Source of the DNA: Nannocystales bacterium
GTDB taxonomy: Bacteria; Myxococcota_A; Polyangia; Nannocystales; Nannocystaceae
Direction of reading: 5' to 3'
NCBI GenBank assembly: GCA_050633305.1
Contig: JBOEGF010000023.1
Span: 223,809 to 287,808, forward strand
Length of the DNA stretch: 64,000 bases
Part shown: positions 59,719-64,000 of the stretch, one piece after another
How positions within the stretch are numbered: the first letter of the stretch is position 1
How the letters are laid out: every line of letters begins with the position of its first letter
Position numbers and translations under genes: made by a program
Notes under the pieces: model-generated
What the model saw: only the letters and a program-made list of their open reading frames with translations
What the model was told of the DNA's origin: nothing
Database searches by the model: none

Positions 59719-60633
59719 ATGGCGGCCGGAAACAGCCATCAGGTGGGCGTGGAGCCTTCGTGGGATGACCTTCGCCACCTCGAGTGTCTCGACCGCCTGG
59801 GGTCGGCCAGCGCCGCGAGCCGCGAGCTCGGGGTCGCGCCGTCGACACTGTACCGACGGATCACCGCCCTGGAGCAGGCCGTTGGGGTGGTTTGCTACTC
59901 ACAGCGCGAGGGTGGTGTCACACGGGTTGGCAAGGAACTGGCGGAGCTGGCCCGCAAGACCAAGCTCTCGCTTTCAACCATCCGCCAGAATGCGATCGAG
60001 AGCCAGGAGAGCGTCAGCGGCCAGCTCACCTTCACAACGCTCGATGGGTTTGCTCCGCTGCTTTCCGAACCACTCGCGGCCCTCACGCGGATGCACCCGA
60101 ACCTGGAGATCGTGCTCGATGTATCCCCAACCGGCTCGAGCATCCGAAAGGGCGAAGCCGACATCGCGCTCACCTCGGTCGACCAACCGCCGCGACAACT
60201 CGTCGGTCGAAAGCTGTTCACCGCCGAGTGCGGGGTCTACGGAACGCCCGAGCACGTGGAGAACCTCGACGATGCGCCGTGGGTCGTGCTCGGGCCCCCG
60301 CTGAGCGCGAGTCCTCTGGGTCGGTGGGAACGCGAGCAAGCCAAGCGCACCCGGATCGCGGTGGCAACCTCCTCGCGGCTCACGCTCAACCGACTGGTCG
60401 CCGCTGGCGTTGGCATTGGTGCGATCCCGCATCTTCTCGCCGCGCACCACCCCGAGCTCCTGGAAATCGAGTCGTACCGCGAACACGCTTCGGTCCTGAA
60501 GATCCCCGCGTGGCTGCTGACCCACCCAGACCTTCGAGCATCCGCTGCGGTGAAGGCGGTGTTCGGTGTCGTTGGGGACGCGCTCGCAGGGATGTTTCCC
60601 GCGAAACGTGATGCTCGACGCCCCCGTCGGTGA
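59719..60633 (+). CDS. LysR family transcriptional regulator
   Basis: WDDLRH...GSASAASRELGVAPSTLYRRITALE; WLLTHPDLR. Confidence 0.9.
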   Translation: MAAGNSHQVGVEPSWDDLRHLECLDRLGSASAASRELGVAPSTLYRRITALEQAVGVVCYSQREGGVTRVGKELAELARKTKLSLSTIRQNAIESQESVSGQLTFTTLDGFAPLLSEPLAALTRMHPNLEIVLDVSPTGSSIRKGEADIALTSVDQPPRQLVGRKLFTAECGVYGTPEHVENLDDAPWVVLGPPLSASPLGRWEREQAKRTRIAVATSSRLTLNRLVAAGVGIGAIPHLLAAHHPELLEIESYREHASVLKIPAWLLTHPDLRASAAVKAVFGVVGDALAGMFPAKRDARRPRR

Positions 60634-60695
60634 ACGGGGACCGAGTAAGAGGCGGAGAGCGCACGTCCTTCACCAGCGCTACAGTCCCGCTTCCG

Positions 60696-62159
60696 ATGCC
60701 CGCACCGTTCGCGTTCGACAATACGTTCGCCGCCCAGATGGACGGGTTCTTCCTGCCCGCCCAAGCGGCCCCGTTCCCCGAGCCCAAGCTCGCGCTGCTC
60801 AATGAGTCGCTCGCCCAATCCCTCGGGCTCGACACCCAGCAGCTTCTTGACGAGGGTGCCGGCATCTTCTCAGGCCAGTCGCTCCCCGAAGGCGCGACGC
60901 CGCTGGCCCAGTTCTACGCCGGACACCAGTTCGGCGGATTCTCCCCACAGCTTGGAGACGGTCGTGCCCTGCTCCTCGGCGAGTTCTTGGACCCCGCGGG
61001 GCAGCGCTACGATCTTCAGCTCAAGGGCTCCGGACCCACCGAGTTCTCCCGCGGTGGAGATGGCAAAGCCTCCCTCGGCCCCATGCTTCGGGAGTACGTC
61101 ATCAGCGAAGGCATGCACGCGCTGGGCATTCCCACCACCCGCTCCCTCGCCGTCGTGAGCACGGGTGAGCCGGTCTACCGAGAGGAGCCGCTGCCGGGCG
61201 CTGTCTTGGCGCGCATCGCCGCCAGCCACCTTCGGGTGGGGACATTCGCGTTTTTTGCGTCGCGACAAGACATCGCCGCAACACGCAAGCTCACCGACTA
61301 CACCATCGCCCGCCACTACCCGCACCTGGCCAAGACGCCCAACCCAGCGGTGGGCTTGCTCAATGCGGTCGTCGATGCGCAGGCCGAGCTCATCGCCCAA
61401 TGGATGATGGTCGGCTTCATTCATGGGGTCATGAACACCGACAACGTCTCGCTGTGTGGTGAAACGATCGACTACGGGCCATGTGCCTTCATGGACCGCT
61501 ACGACCCTCGCACGGTCTACAGCTCGATCGACCGTCAGGGTCGCTACGCCTACGGGAATCAGCCCGGCATTGGGCAATGGAACCTCGCCCGGTTTGCCGA
61601 GACCTTGCTGCCCCTGCTCGACGACGACGACGACACAGCGATGAACCACGCCACGGAAGCCCTGCGGGCGTTCGGGCTCCGGTACGACGCGGCGTGGACT
61701 CGCGGCATGCGGGCCAAGCTTGGGATCGTCGAAGCGCAAGACGACGATGACGTCCTCGCCAAGGACCTGCTCGAGATCCTCGAGGCGCAGAAGCTCGACT
61801 ACACGAGCACGATGCGGTCGCTGTCCTCCGTCGCACGCCGGGAGTCGCCCCACGCAGGGCTTGCTGGAGCCGATGCGTTTGAGGGGTGGTCTGCCCGCTG
61901 GCTCGCGCGTCTCGAAGGGGAACCGGGCGGACGCACCGCCGCCGCCGAGCGCATGGACGCCGTCAACCCGGTCTACATCCCGCGCAACCACTTGGTGGAA
62001 ACTGCGCTGGATGCTGCTGTCGCAGGCGACCTGGGTCCCGTGCGTGACTTGCTCGAGGCGATCACGCATCCATTCCAGGCCCGAGACGGATTCGGGCGAT
62101 ATGCCGAGCCTGCCCCGGAGACGTTCGACGACGGCTACAAGACCTTCTGCGGGACCTAA
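60696..62159 (+). CDS. selO: Protein adenylyltransferase SelO (YdiU)
   Basis: YAGHQFG...LGDGRA, QLKGSG, RGGDG, HGVMNTDN, DYGP, C-terminal TFCGT. Confidence 0.96.
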   Translation: MPAPFAFDNTFAAQMDGFFLPAQAAPFPEPKLALLNESLAQSLGLDTQQLLDEGAGIFSGQSLPEGATPLAQFYAGHQFGGFSPQLGDGRALLLGEFLDPAGQRYDLQLKGSGPTEFSRGGDGKASLGPMLREYVISEGMHALGIPTTRSLAVVSTGEPVYREEPLPGAVLARIAASHLRVGTFAFFASRQDIAATRKLTDYTIARHYPHLAKTPNPAVGLLNAVVDAQAELIAQWMMVGFIHGVMNTDNVSLCGETIDYGPCAFMDRYDPRTVYSSIDRQGRYAYGNQPGIGQWNLARFAETLLPLLDDDDDTAMNHATEALRAFGLRYDAAWTRGMRAKLGIVEAQDDDDVLAKDLLEILEAQKLDYTSTMRSLSSVARRESPHAGLAGADAFEGWSARWLARLEGEPGGRTAAAERMDAVNPVYIPRNHLVETALDAAVAGDLGPVRDLLEAITHPFQARDGFGRYAEPAPETFDDGYKTFCGT

Positions 62160-62276
62160 AGAGCCTCCGAAGGCTGACACCGCCGTGTCAGCACATGGGG
62201 ACTCGCACGCGTGATATCGAAAGAGCGGACCGCGTCCGCCGACGCTCTCGACGACCGGTCACGATTGAGACGCGCC

Positions 62277-62759
62277 ATGGATGCACCCACGGAACCGCAA
62301 TTCGAGATTCGGGCCGGCAACCGCGGGGACGACGATTTCATCGCCGCCGCGTTCCGAAACATGTGGCTCGACATCGGGGTTGGGGCGGAGAATCTCGTGG
62401 CGGATGCAGAGGACCGAACGGTGCAGTTCATCGAGAACGCCCGCGCCAACCTCGACTTCCGCTCGTTCGTCGCCGAGGTCGAGGGCGAGCCGGTTGGCGG
62501 TGCGGCTTGCCAGGAGTTCGCCGGGCTCTACCCAAATGTCTTGGCAGCAAAACACCGACGCTACGGCTACATCTGGGGTGTGTACGTCGAGGCAGCCCAC
62601 CGCCGCCGTGGCCTCGGCGAGGCGTTGGCCTCGCGCTGTGTCGCCGAGCTGAAGAAGGCCGAATACAGCCACGCAGTCTTACATGCGGCGCCGATGGGAG
62701 AAGGCGTCTACAAGGGTCTCGGATTTCTCCCCACCACCGAAATGCGACTCGAGTTCTAG
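62277..62759 (+). CDS. GNAT family N-acetyltransferase
   Basis: GYIWGVYVEAAHRRRGLG...LHA...YKGLGF. Confidence 0.92.
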   Translation: MDAPTEPQFEIRAGNRGDDDFIAAAFRNMWLDIGVGAENLVADAEDRTVQFIENARANLDFRSFVAEVEGEPVGGAACQEFAGLYPNVLAAKHRRYGYIWGVYVEAAHRRRGLGEALASRCVAELKKAEYSHAVLHAAPMGEGVYKGLGFLPTTEMRLEF

Positions 62760-62884
62760 GGACCTGTTCGTCCCCTCGGAAACGAGACACGTCGCCGTCG
62801 TTTGCACGGCAGCGTCGAGGCTCCTCGCCGAAGCTGGCAAAAGTTGCGGCAATGCACCACGCCGAGCAGCCCGTCGAGGACGGC

Positions 62885-63691
62885 TCAGCCGGCCTGGCCT
62901 GCTTCCCAGATCCAGCGGTTGTAGTAGTCGTCGTAGGCACCGGCTAGAGAGCATGCCGCGACTCGCGGCTCGCACACTTCGTTCGGACCGCAGGCCACTG
63001 GGCCCCCCACTCCGCAGCTCTCGACTTGTCCGGGCTCGCACGTCAGCCCTTCCTCAATGTTGGACGTACAGACCCCGATGTCGCCTGGCGTCGCGACGCC
63101 GTGGCAGTAGCCATCGAAGACACACGCTCGCGGCGCGTCGCAGCTTTCACCGAGGGACCGGATCGGCTGACAGGTCCCGTCTAGACCGCAGTACAAGCCG
63201 TCGCCGCAACTGTTCGCGACATCGAGCCCGCAGGCGTCTCCTTCAGCAAGAATACTGACACCGCTCCGGCAGACTCCATCGACGCACCAGTCGCCCGGCT
63301 TGCCGCAATCCGTCGGCAGGATGACCCAGGAATCAGGGTGGTCCTTGTGGAGCTCACACGCCCCCTGGTTCGGCACCTGTGGTTCAAAGACCAAACAGTC
63401 GAACGGCAGCTCCATCCCGTCACAGGACGGCGCATCCGCCTCTATTGCCTCGGTCAGCTTCTCGAAGCAGTCCCGGTGGAACTCCGTCCCGTTCGCATCG
63501 TTCACACGCTCGAACTGTCGGACCAACCGAGTCTCGCAGTCCGCGAGCAGCTCCCCATTGCAGTCGCACCTGGTCGCGAGGTCGCAGACAGCCCGCGCAT
63601 ACCGCTGGGCGTCCGCGGGCTCCGCGATGTCCTCCACAGCCGGTCCGCAGGCGGAGCCGACAACCAAGATCACCCATCCGGGGTAACGCAT
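62885..63691 (-). CDS. Cys-rich hypothetical lipoprotein
   Basis: VGSAC lipobox; repeated GExC/CxxGxxC modules. Confidence 0.75.
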   Translation of the reverse strand: MRYPGWVILVVGSACGPAVEDIAEPADAQRYARAVCDLATRCDCNGELLADCETRLVRQFERVNDANGTEFHRDCFEKLTEAIEADAPSCDGMELPFDCLVFEPQVPNQGACELHKDHPDSWVILPTDCGKPGDWCVDGVCRSGVSILAEGDACGLDVANSCGDGLYCGLDGTCQPIRSLGESCDAPRACVFDGYCHGVATPGDIGVCTSNIEEGLTCEPGQVESCGVGGPVACGPNEVCEPRVAACSLAGAYDDYYNRWIWEAGQAG

Positions 63692-63811
63692 CGCTCCAAG
63701 TTAGTCGTCGCACGAGCCCACGCCCATGCCCGGGATCACAGAGCCCCCAGCAACGAGGAACGCCGCCGCGGTCTCCCGCGACGGCGTCGTCTCTCGTAGC
63801 CGAAGCCGGCT

Positions 63812-64000
63812 TTACTTGCGGCGACGCACCAGGCCGAACAGCCCGAACATCAACATGCCGCCGAGCCAGCCGGAACCGTCGTCGTTTCCGGTCGAGCAGC
63901 CGCAGCCTTCGTCGTCGAGGACACCCGCGCTGTCTCCACCGCTGGACTCGTCACCGTCGGAGTCATCGCCTGTGACGTTGGTCGGGTCGGTGGTCGGGTC
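63812..64000 (-). CDS. 3' end of a MYXO-CTERM protein (partial)
   Basis: Manual translation: ...DDEGCGCSTGNDDGSGWLGGMLMFGLFGLVRRRK*. Confidence 0.85.
   Translation of the reverse strand, partial: DPTTDPTNVTGDDSDGDESSGGDSAGVLDDEGCGCSTGNDDGSGWLGGMLMFGLFGLVRRRK

Noticed and set aside
62140..62200. Selenocysteine or SECIS element in selO
   Set aside because: The gene ends TFCGT-TAA with no in-frame TGA. The small downstream hairpin is unremarkable.

Overview
A GC-rich bacterial chromosomal window with a clear Myxococcota signature, most likely Nannocystaceae-like (inference): MYXO-CTERM proteins, many Cys-rich lipoproteins, three Ser/Thr kinases, two ECF sigma factors and an FHA-sigma54 activator. 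It holds about 57 CDSs, one frameshifted pseudogene, and no recognisable tRNA, rRNA, IS element or CRISPR array. There are three highlights. (1) A PlpX-like radical SAM/SPASM 'splicease' (17836-19080) lies head-to-head with a 335-aa lipoprotein carrying an N-terminal CxxC...CPFC leader and an xYG motif, a candidate system for backbone splicing of a surface protein. (2) Two unannotated, about 90%-identical paralogous non-coding elements (about 6889-6980 and 10946-11036) each have a sigma54 -24/-12 promoter, a 5' hairpin, a CU-rich anti-SD-like linker and a terminator, so they are candidate sigma54-dependent sRNAs. (3) A five-gene operon (11085-17778) is led by a DWARF27-like (beta-carotene isomerase) protein, followed by two carotenoid-desaturase-like flavoproteins, an ADC-fold protein and a GGR-like reductase. 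All calls come from motif recognition by eye, without database searches. Start codons are best estimates.
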